Assembly (NCBI GenBank): GCA_030740155.1
Contig: JASLXV010000062.1
Location: 1-60,029 of the forward strand
DNA length: 60,029 nt
DNA from: Dehalococcoidia bacterium
GTDB taxonomy: Bacteria; Chloroflexota; Dehalococcoidia; Lucifugimonadales; UBA3495
Direction: 5' to 3'
This document shows positions 28,803-39,577 of the stretch, piece after piece. Made by a program: the position numbers and the translations under genes. Numbering within the stretch: position 1 is the first letter of the stretch; each line of letters starts with the position of its first letter. The notes under the pieces are model-generated. The model was given only the letters and a program-made list of their open reading frames with translations. It was not told where the DNA came from and did no database searches.

Positions 28803-29912
28803 TCACCGGGAGATTGAGCTGGAACCGGGTCTAAAACCGGCCTCCGGCAGCACCTTGAGGCTCATGTCCATGCTCCTGGCCAGCTCCGGGTCCACCGCGA
28901 AACAGATGATGCTGTTCGTGCGCAGGGTGGTGCCTTTCACCTTGATCGTCAGCATTTTGCTCATGGCCTTGTTCTCCGCACCGTCGGCGAAGCTCCCAAC
29001 TTGCAAACTCACGTGATTGCCGGCCATTTCTTCCAGGTGGCCCAAAACCGACGGATCCACGTGTGTGGCATCCAGGGATATGATTACCGCCGTCTTCGGC
29101 GAGCAAAAGAATCTGCATTCGGTGAAGAAGCTCGCGCTCGGGACGGTCCCCGCTCCGTTGACCAGGCCGGTGAGGCCATCGAGGACAATGATATCCACGT
29201 TGGCGAAAACAGTTTCCATGTGCTTTCTCAGCCGGTCCAGCGCCGACGCGGCCTCTCCATCATCCCCGGCGAACTCATCCAGTGAATAGATCGAGAACTC
29301 GCCATCTTCCATGCTGGGGGAGATGTCCAGGCCCAGCGTACCCATCCGGTCCGTCAGCTCGCCGGAGGTAACCCCCTGGACATAGTAGGCCACCCGCTGC
29401 TCCACTAGCAGAGCCCCGTAAGCCAAGTGCTGGCAGATGACACTCTTGCCACTGCCGGCTGCGCCATCCACCTGGGTCAGATTGCCCATGGTGATTCCGC
29501 CCATCATCGCCCGGTCGATAAGGTCGTTGCCGGTAGGAATAGCGGCGCCCGAGCGGGTCAACGCGATCCGGATGCGGTCTTCCAGCCGGCCCGGGGGCCA
29601 GGGCTTGATTACGTAGTCCAGGGCGCCGCCCCTGACGGCGCGCTCCGCGTCTTGGACCCCATCCTCCTCGTTGAGGATAATCACCGGAATTGACCGGGTT
29701 TCCTGGTCGGCTTTCAGCCCCTGAAGCACCTCCAGGCCGTTGATGTTCGGCGCCATGATGGTCAGCACGACCAGGTTCGGCTTTTCCCGCGCGACCAGAT
29801 CGTGAGCGGCGGCCCCATCGCAAGTTCCGAGCACCTGGTGGCCCTCTCCGACGAGGACCAGATCGAGCACATCCCGGCCTCGGTCATCGTCAACCACAAC
29901 AATTTTGGCCAT
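28803..29912 (-). CDS. Pseudo-receiver domain fused to KaiC/ArlH(FlaH)-like ATPase
   Basis: REC fold (VVVDDD, GALDYVIKP) plus IPTGNDLID..GG, Walker A GAAGSGKS, IIVLDGLT. Confidence 0.8.
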   Translation of the reverse strand: MAKIVVVDDDRGRDVLDLVLVGEGHQVLGTCDGAAAHDLVAREKPNLVVLTIMAPNINGLEVLQGLKADQETRSIPVIILNEEDGVQDAERAVRGGALDYVIKPWPPGRLEDRIRIALTRSGAAIPTGNDLIDRAMMGGITMGNLTQVDGAAGSGKSVICQHLAYGALLVEQRVAYYVQGVTSGELTDRMGTLGLDISPSMEDGEFSIYSLDEFAGDDGEAASALDRLRKHMETVFANVDIIVLDGLTGLVNGAGTVPSASFFTECRFFCSPKTAVIISLDATHVDPSVLGHLEEMAGNHVSLQVGSFADGAENKAMSKMLTIKVKGTTLRTNSIICFAVDPELARSMDMSLKVLPEAGFRPGSSSISR

Positions 29913-30267
29913 AGCGCCCCCCGGCTTTCATGCCGGCACGTATCCTTTGGCTGGGTGTATTATAGCCCTCTCCGCCGGATGCCACGATGAGTGGAGCTAC
30001 TGAACGACCCGGGGTGGAAATTGGTGCGAACGCCATCACAGGAGGATAGCTTGGCCGGGACGCCACGGATGCGATAGAAATCGAGACCCAGGGCGAACTC
30101 GATGCTCCGGCCGGCCGTATTCACCCGACGGGTTTGGCAGCGCCCGATTGAGGGACCCTCAGGGCCGGCGTGCCGCCAGCCGCTTGACGGGCCCCGCCTT
30201 ATGTTGACTGCCTCGAAGGTGTATGGTATAGGTAGATTTGAACCCGGCACGAGGGAGGTGTAGGCGC

Positions 30268-30693
30268 ATGGCCGATGAGCAGTTGAAACAGTTCGACTAC
30301 CAAACAGCGGAAATTGGCGAGGAGTTGGGGTCTTACGAGTACGTTTTGAGTCAAGAGACCCTGGACAACTTCCGAAAAGCGGTCGATGATCCCGACGCGC
30401 GGTACCCCACCATTGCAGTCAAGCACGACGGCGTCGCCTTCCACATGGTATACACCGACGCCACCGGCTCGGTTAATGCCGGGTCCGAAGTCGAGTTCCA
30501 CAACCCGCCCGTTCCGGGCAAGACCATCAAGGTTACCGGCCGAATCGCCGACAAGTACTCGCGGCGCGATAAGCCCTACCTGGTCATTGAAGCCACCGCC
30601 GTTGACGAAGACGGGCGTCTGCTGGAGAGGATGCGCACCTACCAGATGAAGAAACCGGACGAGGTTGGGAAGAAGTGGGGGCCGGGAGGCTAG
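30268..30693 (+). CDS. MaoC-like hot-dog fold protein
   Basis: GGAGG RBS, VNAGSEVEFHNP, GRIADKYSRR, DEDG. Confidence 0.75.
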   Translation: MADEQLKQFDYQTAEIGEELGSYEYVLSQETLDNFRKAVDDPDARYPTIAVKHDGVAFHMVYTDATGSVNAGSEVEFHNPPVPGKTIKVTGRIADKYSRRDKPYLVIEATAVDEDGRLLERMRTYQMKKPDEVGKKWGPGG

Positions 30694-31154
30694 AGCGCGG
30701 CCGTCCGGTCCCAACGCCATCCAAGCAGATCACCGGGACCGGGTCCACATTTTGGAGCCTCGCGGCGCCCACGTTCAGCGGGGCATCGATAGAAGCCCGG
30801 AGATGACGCGCGATAAGGCTGAGCACCATATTCTTGGTCTCAGCCTTATTCTTACGCCAAAGACCCGCCGAGGGAACTCAGCATTGGCGCCTGAGTTTCA
30901 AGCTCGCTTGGGGCGCCTGTACCTGTCTTCCCCGGTAGCCGGCGCTTCCAATACCCTTCGTGGTGAGCTTGTCGAACCACCAGCCCCCGCTCTTCGAAGG
31001 TGCTTTGCCTTAAGACCGTCACTCCAAGGAGCGAAGCAGCACCGTCATTCCGAGGAGCGAAGCGACGAGGAATCTGCTGTGGGGCTCGTCCTTGGCAGCC
31101 CGGACCCACCACCCCAGACCCCTCGCTTCACTCGGGGTGACATATTCCGGATCC

Positions 31155-32231
31155 CTACTGCCACTGCCAGTCGATCTTCCTGGTTACCACTGCGCCGTGG
31201 GCGCTGTCGATAAACAGGCAGTTGGCGCCGGGTGAAGGCCAGCCGCCGCTGACCAGGATGCTGAGGAACTCGGGGGACGTTATCGCCGGGATCAGGGCGT
31301 CGTCGTTATCGAAGTCCACCAGGTCCGCCCACCAGTAGGATTTGGTGGCGCTCCCGCCGGTCTTTTTCAAATCGCGGACTGTGCGCTGGGCCTTCTCGAT
31401 CATGGCGTCCCGCACTTGCTTCTTGCTCCAGCCGGCGTCGGCGAACACCTGGGACGCCAGCGGGTTCATCACCGACAGTTTGTGCGTATCCTCATGCATG
31501 TGGCCCAGGCGGTCGAAGCCACGGGCGAACCTGGTGACCAGGTCGTCCAACGATTGCTGCAGACCGGCGCCGGTACCGATCTGCTCGTGTCTTCCGGCGG
31601 GGAACATGGTGATGGCGCTATCCTCCGGCTTAAGGCCGGCCTCGCTGACGTGGAACTGCTCCCACGGGTTGCCGTCATCGGGTGGCCGTTCCGCCAGGAG
31701 GAAGCAATACTTCCCCAGATGGCCGAAGGTGGCGTGGGAGAGGCGCTCGGCCCGGCCCAAGCCGCAGTTCCACAGGATCAGGGCGATGGCCCTGCCGATG
31801 GTGCCGTTGACCCGAGTGCCGTCGCCGGAGGCCGCTCCCCGGTCGTAGTTGAGGCCCAAATGCTTGACGACCGGGCCGGAGATTATGGCGCAGGGCACGG
31901 CCCCCGCGGCACTGGTCTGAACCTGGCTCAGTTGAAACTCGTCCGCCAGCATCGCCTGGACCGCCGCGATCACAATGGGCACGTACTCCGGCTTGCACCC
32001 CGCCATGGCGCAGTTGAGGGCGACCTCCTCCATGGTGGCCACGCCCTCGCCCGGGGGGATGACGCCCACAACTTCCGAGGAGTCGCGTCCCACATAGTTG
32101 AGGATTTCGCCAACCCGCTTCTCTGTTGGCGGGAGCACCGGCAGCCCGTCGCTCCACCCCTCCTGGTACGCCAGGTTGGCGAAATCATCGATATCCATTC
32201 CCTGGAAGGTTTTCGTGGTTAGCTTTGCCAT
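31155..32231 (-). CDS. UGSC-partner domain protein, type B copy 2
   Basis: GWSDGLPVLPPT, NCAMAGC, NGTIGRA; homologous to the C-terminal part of 37814-39481. Confidence 0.85.
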   Translation of the reverse strand: MAKLTTKTFQGMDIDDFANLAYQEGWSDGLPVLPPTEKRVGEILNYVGRDSSEVVGVIPPGEGVATMEEVALNCAMAGCKPEYVPIVIAAVQAMLADEFQLSQVQTSAAGAVPCAIISGPVVKHLGLNYDRGAASGDGTRVNGTIGRAIALILWNCGLGRAERLSHATFGHLGKYCFLLAERPPDDGNPWEQFHVSEAGLKPEDSAITMFPAGRHEQIGTGAGLQQSLDDLVTRFARGFDRLGHMHEDTHKLSVMNPLASQVFADAGWSKKQVRDAMIEKAQRTVRDLKKTGGSATKSYWWADLVDFDNDDALIPAITSPEFLSILVSGGWPSPGANCLFIDSAHGAVVTRKIDWQWQ

Positions 32232-32236
32232 GATAC

Positions 32237-33283
32237 CTACTCCCACTTCCATTCAATCTTGCGAGTCGCCTGTTGGCCGTGGGCGGTCACCAGGCGGAGA
32301 CAGTAGCCGGGGGACGCCGACCAGCCGCCCGTGACCAGGACGTGGAGTTCCTCCCGGACCGGCCTAGGCCCCGTTGCGCTGGGCATCGTAAGCTGGCCGG
32401 TATAGTCCTTCCGTTCGTGGAGGGTCTCCGTGGTGACGGCTCGGAACCAGGGGTTGGCCCGCTCCATGATCGCGTCGCGGAAGTCCTGCTTGCTCCATCC
32501 AGCTTCGGCGAAGGCGTTGGCGATGTGGGGGTTCAGCACCAACATCTTCTGGAAGCTCCCCAGGGTGATGGAGTCGGCCAGGACGTCCACCTTGTCGGCC
32601 AGCGAGTTGCCGCCGACCCCGGCGCTGATTTGGTCCTGGGTGCGGGAGGGATACATGGTGACGGCGCTGTCTTCGGGGTCGAGGTCCGCCGCCGTGACGT
32701 GAAACTGCTCCCACGGGTTGCCGTCGTCCGGGGGCCGCTCCGCCATCACGTAGGAGATGCGCCCGATATGGCCGAAGGTCGAAGCTGACAGCGCACCGGG
32801 ACGGGACTGGGCGATATTCCACAGCACCAGCCGGATGGCCCGGCCAATCGACGCGTTCACCCGGTTGCCGCTTCCGGCCACGGCGCCTTCACCGTAGTGC
32901 ATACCAAGCTCCTTGACCACCGGGCCGGAGATGATGGCGGCGGGTGCGGGGCCGCCCGTGGTGCTATTGACCCGCATGAGTTCGAACTCTTCCGCCAGCA
33001 TCGCCTGGATCGCCGTGATCACCACCGGGACGTACTCCGGCTTGCACCCGGCCATGGCGCAATTGATGGCGATCTTTTCGATGGTGGCGATGCCCTCGGC
33101 GGGGGAGAGGACCCCGACCACCTCCCCGGGGTCTTTCCCCAGATAGTCGATCATCGCGGTCACCGCCTTCTCGGTGGGAGGGAACACCGGCAAGCCGTCG
33201 GTCCACCCTTTGCTGTAGGCCAGATCGGTGAACTCGTCGACGTCCATCGGTTCATAGGTATTCGACACGAGAGTCGCGGCCAT
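32237..33283 (-). CDS. UGSC-partner domain protein, type A copy 2
   Basis: GWTDGLPVFPPT, EKIAINCAMAGC, NASIGRA. Confidence 0.85.
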   Translation of the reverse strand: MAATLVSNTYEPMDVDEFTDLAYSKGWTDGLPVFPPTEKAVTAMIDYLGKDPGEVVGVLSPAEGIATIEKIAINCAMAGCKPEYVPVVITAIQAMLAEEFELMRVNSTTGGPAPAAIISGPVVKELGMHYGEGAVAGSGNRVNASIGRAIRLVLWNIAQSRPGALSASTFGHIGRISYVMAERPPDDGNPWEQFHVTAADLDPEDSAVTMYPSRTQDQISAGVGGNSLADKVDVLADSITLGSFQKMLVLNPHIANAFAEAGWSKQDFRDAIMERANPWFRAVTTETLHERKDYTGQLTMPSATGPRPVREELHVLVTGGWSASPGYCLRLVTAHGQQATRKIEWKWE

Positions 33284-33762
33284 GGGTCCCCTCCTTGTGG
33301 AGCCTATCCGGTAACTTTATTGCCGTGGTTCGACAAGCTCACCACGAGCGGAAAATATCAATCTCAACACGAGCCCGCCAACACCGTTTGCACCGGGCCG
33401 GTTGAAAGTGGCGGCGAGAGTGCTGCCGGGCAAAGAGCATCATCTCCGCGGGATTGGGCGGCATCCCCTTGCCAAGATCGTCATCCCGGCGAAGGCCGGA
33501 ATCCAGAGAAGCGTTGGCTGGATCCCGGCCTTCGCCGGGATGACGGACTGGGTATCAAGCCGATCGAGGTTACGGGCCGGTTATCAATCCATCGGTGACG
33601 GGCCGTGTATCAAGCCAAATGCAACCCAGTAGGCTAGTACTCAGTCAACCTATTGCTGATGGTTGTCATTCAGAGCGAAGCGAAGAATCTCGTTGTTACG
33701 CTGAGATTCTTGTCGCTGCGCTCTTTAGAATGACATCCTGCCAAAACGAGGTTGACTGACCG

Positions 33763-34449
33763 CTAGTAGGGCCTCGGAATCTTCCCAACTTCCTTCAGTT
33801 TTTCGAGGGTGAAGGCGCCGGATTGGCACACTTCGATTGTCTTACGCTCGAAATCGGCTATGGTGCTCACCATGTCCGGAATCTTGTCGGCTATCTCGAA
33901 CGGAATTGAAGTAACCCCATGCTTGTCACCGAGCAGCAGGTCTCCGGTGGAAACCGTGAGTCCGCCGACCGTGACGGGGATGCCGATATCCACCAGGTGC
34001 ACGTAGGCGTGAGACACTGAAACATCTTTGGCGAAGAACTGAAAACCCAGGTCGTGCACTTCGTCCAAGTCTCGCACCGTGCCGTCGGTGGCGACGCACA
34101 CCGCTCCCAGCGCCTTGTGAATATTGCCCTGGACTTCGCCCCAAAAGGCGCCAAGGGGAGGATTGTCGATATCGTGGAGAACGATGAACCTTGGCTCGGG
34201 GACCGACGCTATCAGGTCGAACCAATCGTTTCTGGAAACGTTGTGCCCTTCCTGCCGGACCGCGCTGATAACGCCGGTAACCGCATACCCGATCACCGGG
34301 GGTAGATCGCTGAAGATAGACCTGATCTCCGGCAGCATGAATCCATGGTTCTTGGGCCGGACATTGAACCCTTCGATGGCGTTACAAATGCTTGGGCCAT
34401 CGATCACGGACAACGCTTTGAGAGTGGCCTGACTAATGGTCTGATACAT
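33763..34449 (-). CDS. RraA/HMG-aldolase family protein
   Basis: GYAVT, AFWGEV, TDGTVRD, GDLLLGDKHGV. Confidence 0.9.
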   Translation of the reverse strand: MYQTISQATLKALSVIDGPSICNAIEGFNVRPKNHGFMLPEIRSIFSDLPPVIGYAVTGVISAVRQEGHNVSRNDWFDLIASVPEPRFIVLHDIDNPPLGAFWGEVQGNIHKALGAVCVATDGTVRDLDEVHDLGFQFFAKDVSVSHAYVHLVDIGIPVTVGGLTVSTGDLLLGDKHGVTSIPFEIADKIPDMVSTIADFERKTIEVCQSGAFTLEKLKEVGKIPRPY

Positions 34450-34493
34450 GAATCATCTCCCTTAAACCGGTTTCACCATTGATAATGATCTGG

Positions 34494-35570
34494 TTACCGC
34501 CACTGCCAGTCGATCTTACGGGTTACCATCGCGCCATGGGCGCTGGTTATGAAGAGGCAGTTGCTGCTGGGGGACGGCCATCCGCCGCTTACCAGGATGC
34601 GAAGGTGCTCCGGGGTTGGCACGGCGGGCACCAGGGCATCGTCGTCATCGAGGTCCACCAGGCCGGCCCACCAGTAGGACGTGGCGCCGCTTCCGCCGGT
34701 CTGTTTCAAGTCGCGGACCGAGCGCCGGGCCTGCTCGATCATGGCGTCCCGCAGCTGGGTCTTGCTCCAGCCGGCCTCGGCGAACAGTTGGGCCGCCAGA
34801 GGGTTCACGGCGAACAGCTTTTGGGAGGCCGTATGCATGTGTCCCAAACGGTCGAAGCCCCGGGCGAAAGCACCCACCACCTCATCCAGTGACTGGTCGA
34901 GACCGGAGTAGGTGGGGAACTGCTCGTGGCTTCCGCCGGGGAACATGGTGATGGCGCTGTCTTCGGGATCGAGGTCCGCCGCCGTGACGTGAAACTGCTC
35001 CCAGGGGTTGCCGTCGTCCGGCGGGCGTTCCGCCAGCAGATAGCAATACTTCCCCAGGTGGCCGAAGGTGGCGTGGGACAGCCGCCCGCCCCGCGCCCGG
35101 CCGTGGTTCCACAGGACCAGCGCGATGGCCCGGCCGATGGTGCCGTTGGCCCGGCTGCCGTCCCCCGAGACCGCTCCCCGGTCGTAGTTGAAACCAAGTT
35201 GCTTGACCACGGGACCGGATATGATGGCGCAGGGTACCGCGCCCACCGCGCTGGTCTGGACCTGGGCCAAGTCGAACTCGTCCGCGAGCATCGCCTGGAT
35301 CGCCGCGATCACGATGGGCACGTACTCCGGCTTGCACCCCGCCATGGCGCAGTTGATGGCGACCCCTTCAATCGTGGCCACGCCCTCACCCGGAGGAATG
35401 ACGCCCACAATCTCCGAAGGGTCCCGTTCCAGATAGGCGAGGATGGCGCCTACCCGCTGCTCCGTGGGGGGGAGTACCGGCAGCCCGTCGCTCCAGCCCT
35501 CCCGAAAGGCCAGGTTGGTGAACTCGTCGATGTCCATCCCCTGGAAGGTCTTGGTGGTTAGCTTTGCCAT
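34494..35570 (-). CDS. UGSC-partner domain protein, type B copy 1
   Basis: Close paralogue of 31155-32231 (both 358 aa). Confidence 0.85.
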   Translation of the reverse strand: MAKLTTKTFQGMDIDEFTNLAFREGWSDGLPVLPPTEQRVGAILAYLERDPSEIVGVIPPGEGVATIEGVAINCAMAGCKPEYVPIVIAAIQAMLADEFDLAQVQTSAVGAVPCAIISGPVVKQLGFNYDRGAVSGDGSRANGTIGRAIALVLWNHGRARGGRLSHATFGHLGKYCYLLAERPPDDGNPWEQFHVTAADLDPEDSAITMFPGGSHEQFPTYSGLDQSLDEVVGAFARGFDRLGHMHTASQKLFAVNPLAAQLFAEAGWSKTQLRDAMIEQARRSVRDLKQTGGSGATSYWWAGLVDLDDDDALVPAVPTPEHLRILVSGGWPSPSSNCLFITSAHGAMVTRKIDWQWR

Positions 35571-35577
35571 GGAACCG

Positions 35578-36624
35578 TTACTCCCAAGTCCAATCGATTT
35601 TGCGGGTTGCCTGCTGGCCGTGGGAGGAGGTCAATCGGAGACAGTATCCGGGGGCGGCCGACCAGCCTCCCGTGACCAGAATATGAAGCTCTTCCCTAAC
35701 CGTCCTCGGTCCGGCCGCGCTGGGCAGCGTTAGCTGGCCCTGATAGTCACTCCGCTCGTGGACGGCTTCCGTGGTGACGTGGCTGCGCCAGGGGACGGCA
35801 CGGGCCATGATGGCGTCTCTGAAGTCCTTCTTGGTCCAGCCGGCGCCGGCGAAGGCGTTGGCCACGTGGGGGTTCACCACCAGCATCTTCTGGGAGGTCC
35901 CCAGGGTGATGGAGTCGGCCAGAACGGCAATCTTGTTTTCCAACGTGTTGTTCCCCACCCCATCGCTGATCTGGTCCTGGGTACGGGAGGGAAACATGGT
36001 CACGGCGCTATCCTCGGTACCGAGGTCCACCGCCGTGACGTGGAACTGCTCCCACGGGTTGCCGTCGTCCGGGGGCCGCTCCGCCATCACGTACGAGTAA
36101 CGCCCGATGTGCCCGAAAGTTGATGCCGACAGGGCGCCGGGACGAGACTGGGCGATATTCCACAACACGAGCCGGATGGCCCGACCGATGGTGCCGTTCA
36201 CCCGGCTGCCGCTCCCGCCAACGGTGCCCTCACCGTAGTCGAAGCCCAGCCGTTTGACCACCGGGCCGGAAATGACGGCGGCAGGAGCGGGACCGCCCGT
36301 GGTGCTGTTGACCCGCAGCAGCTCGAACTCGTCCGCCAGCATGGCCTGGATCGCGGTGATCACCACCGGGACGTACTCCGGTTTGCACCCCGCCATGGCG
36401 CAGTTGATGGCGATCTTCTCGATGGTGGCTATGCCCTCCGCGGGAGGGAGTACGCCGATCACCTTACCAGGGCCTATGCCCAGGTAGTCGAGGATCGCGG
36501 TCACCGCTTTCTCGGTGGGAGGAAGCACCGGCAGCCCATCGGTCCACCCCTCCCGGTAGGCCAACTCCGTGAACTCGTCCACGTCCATCGGCTCGTAAGT
36601 TTTCGACACCAGCGTCGGCGCCAT
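35578..36624 (-). CDS. UGSC-partner domain protein, type A copy 1
   Basis: Close paralogue of 32237-33283 (both 348 aa); AAGGAGG RBS before ATG 36624. Confidence 0.85.
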   Translation of the reverse strand: MAPTLVSKTYEPMDVDEFTELAYREGWTDGLPVLPPTEKAVTAILDYLGIGPGKVIGVLPPAEGIATIEKIAINCAMAGCKPEYVPVVITAIQAMLADEFELLRVNSTTGGPAPAAVISGPVVKRLGFDYGEGTVGGSGSRVNGTIGRAIRLVLWNIAQSRPGALSASTFGHIGRYSYVMAERPPDDGNPWEQFHVTAVDLGTEDSAVTMFPSRTQDQISDGVGNNTLENKIAVLADSITLGTSQKMLVVNPHVANAFAGAGWTKKDFRDAIMARAVPWRSHVTTEAVHERSDYQGQLTLPSAAGPRTVREELHILVTGGWSAAPGYCLRLTSSHGQQATRKIDWTWE

Positions 36625-37103
36625 GGGATCCCTCCTTAGATGTGCCAGCCCGGTAAACAGTGACACGCAGGCTAAGGCTAATGCGTTGGGCCGCCTGCAC
36701 CTAAATCCCCCTGTATCCCCCTTTAATAAAGGGGGACTTGAAGGAGCTATTTTTCGCGGGGTTGGCCATCCAGTTATGGTTCCGCGAATCAGTCACGTTG
36801 GACTGATCACTGGAGCCCGCGTTGCCGGCAATCTGTTTCAGCGGCCTGCCGGGTTCATGTATAACGCCAAACCGCTCTCCGCCCGGTTTCGGGGCCGGAG
36901 AGCGGCGGTTCATCGCGTCATTTGGCCTGGGCCGGGTTCCGGAGTGCGGCTAGCACCACTTCGATATAGTTGGTGGATGAAAGTGACCCCTGATCTAACC
37001 TTTCCCCTTCGCCACGGAGAAGGAACAGTCCACTCCCCCTTACGCCCGGGCAGATAAGGGAGGGGGTTCTCGGGCAGACCGTCAAGACTAGCTGGGCACG
37101 CTC

Positions 37104-37640
37104 CTACTCACCCACGATGTGGTGTTCGCAGGTGCCGGCTACCTCGCCGGCCTTCGACGAAATCTCATCCGCCGTATCGAATCCAGGCAGGTCCTGCTTG
37201 TAGCAGATCACGGGCAGGTCGGGCTCCCCCAGTTGTCGCAGCGTCAGCTTGGCCAGCGCCTCGAACTTGTCGTGCACCATTCCGACCGCCGGGATGCCCA
37301 GCTTTCGCATGTTGACCGTGTCACGCACGGTTCCCTGGGTGCAGGACCCTCAAGCGCCCACCCCGATGATGGCATAGTCGACCTTGGCGGCCAACTCCTC
37401 CATGTCCTCCATCGGCGCGGGGTTCCAGGTGCTGTGCTTGTACAGCTTGTGGGTCTCCTTCGGTTCGTACATGGCCTGGAGGGTCTCTTCGAAGACCGGC
37501 CAGAATTTCTCGGTCGAACCGTGGCCGCTATAGACCAACCCCATCCGTCCCGCTCGCAGGGTTTCAACGGGCCGAAGCTGCTTTCCTTCCGTGGTCGCGG
37601 TATCCGCCACCGGGTCATAGACCAACAATCTGTCACCCAT
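37104..37640 (-). CDS. UGSC-family selenoprotein, short form (Sec97, TGA 37350-37352)
   Basis: ...IIGVGA-TGA-GSCTQGTVRD...GIPAV continues in frame; hairpin at 37315-37331. Confidence 0.88.
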
Positions 37641-37813
37641 AAATGCCTCCTCGATAACCAGCGATGGCTCGCCCAGCATATGCGCCAACCTTAACGGGCC
37701 CGGAGAGCTTATTATCCGCACTGAGCGTATTGTACGTCAAGAGAGGTTGCTCCCCGGTGGTTTGGCGATGGCCGGCGTTCTCCCCTGAGGTATGCTTTCT
37801 CTTCGCTCCCGCC

Positions 37814-39481
37814 CTAACGAGCCCGGTACTGGTCTACGTTCACCGACTCGGGGCGCACCGGCATGCTGGGTATGATGATCGGCTTCGCCCGGTCGGCTCC
37901 GACGCAGATGAGCCGGTAACGGTCGGCGCTCTCCCGCACCGGCATCCAGATGTCGTGCAGCTCCTTTTCGCTCAGCTTCAGCAGCCACCGCCAGTGGGCG
38001 GGAATCGTCTCCGGCTGGAGCGGGTAATAGTGGACCATCTTGCCCAGGCTGAACTGGGCGTGCATGTGGATGAACTCCTTCGCCCCCTTCTTGGTGAAGC
38101 CTGCCTCGCCGGCCGGGCGGGCGATGTCCGGTGGAACCAGCACTATCGTTTCCATGGCGCTGCCTTTGGCGGTCCGGCCCGGCCGGACCAGGTCCCACTG
38201 GCTGAATATGGAGTTGTAGGCGATGGTCTTCAGCAGGCCCTCGGCGGTATTGTTGCCCTGGTCGGCCACGTCTACTTCTCCCTTGGTGGCCATGACAGTT
38301 ACAACGCTGTCCCCGGCCTTGTAGCCTTGTTCCACGTGGAAGGGCTCCCACGGGCTGGCGTCCTCGTTCTCGGCAATGCAGACGCTGAACTTCCTGACGG
38401 AGCCGATGGTGTCCATGTCCATCTCGCCCGGATACCAATAGCCGATGTTCTTGAGGCACAGGGTATAGGCCCGGCCGACGACCAGGTTGGCCCGGTTTTG
38501 CCGGCCCGGACCCATGCATGCTCCCTTGGAGTTAATGTCCAGCTCTTTGGCGATGGGTCCGTTGACCAGCAGCATGGAGGCGTGGGAGCTGGTGGACATC
38601 AGGAACCCTTTCACCCGGTCCGGGTCCATCTGGGAGACCGCCTTGAGGGCCCCGATTATCAATGGCATGTGCTCCGGCGACGCGCCGGCCATGACCGAGT
38701 TGATCGCGATCTTCTCCACCGTGGCCAGGCCGTAGCCAGGGGGCAGGTCGCAAACCACGTGATCGGGAGGAAGGCAGGTGCCTTTGAGCATCTTTTCCAC
38801 CGCGTCCTGCGTGGCCGGCAGGAGAGGAAAGCCGTCGCCCCAGTCCCGGTTCAGGAACTCCCGGTTCATCACCTGAAAGGCATCGGCATAGTTGCTGCCC
38901 TCGAACCGCTCCACCTGGGTGGGTTGCAGCTTGGCGTTCGCAACCGGGGCTTCAACCTCCGCCGTCAGCTCGCCGACCAGCGTCTCGAAGGCCGCCTCCG
39001 TCTGCTGGACCGCCCTCTCCCGGTCCAAGTTCCGGTACAGCCAGGGTACGACCACGTAGCGTACGCCCGGCATTCCGAAGGCCCGAGCGCTGGCGATGGC
39101 GTCATGCTCGAAGCGTCCGGACACCAGCAGAACGGCGGGCGTGCCCTTCTTCTCGATCTCCACCATCTCGTGGACCATCCACGAGGTGCAAGACCCTCAA
39201 TCGGCGGTGGCGCCGATCACGACGTCGGATTCGTCGGTGGCCTTCTCCAGTACCGCCGTCGGCGCGGGCAGCCCACCGAGGTAGAAATTTGTCTCCACGC
39301 TGGGAGTGTGTTGCTTCAGCATTCCCTCAATGGAGCGCAGGGCCACATCACCATTGGCGGTGCCGCTCCATAGCAGCCCGACCCTCTTCCCTTCCAGGGT
39401 GGACGGCCTCTTGTTGACCGCCCTAGCGTCGAGGACGCCCCTTTGCTGTGCTACCGGGTCCAAGACTTCTAGGATCTCCAT
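37814..39481 (-). CDS. UGSC-family selenoprotein, long form (Sec95, TGA 39197-39199)
   Basis: ...IGATAD-TGA-GSCTSWMVH...GTPAV, fused to a WGDGFPLLP/EKIAIN domain; hairpin at 39167-39185. Confidence 0.88.
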
Positions 39482-39577
39482 CAGTCCTCCCTCGCTCTAT
39501 TCTGGTTGCACTATACGCTGCTTCTTGGAATGCTACACCGCTGGGTCCGCCCTAGGCTACTATAGATATTGCTTCGG

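Noticed and set aside
37664..39373. Long antisense ORFs (569 aa here; also 40860-42392, 17586-18815, 54562-55929)
   Set aside because: Shadow frames of real GC-rich genes with no recognisable motifs.
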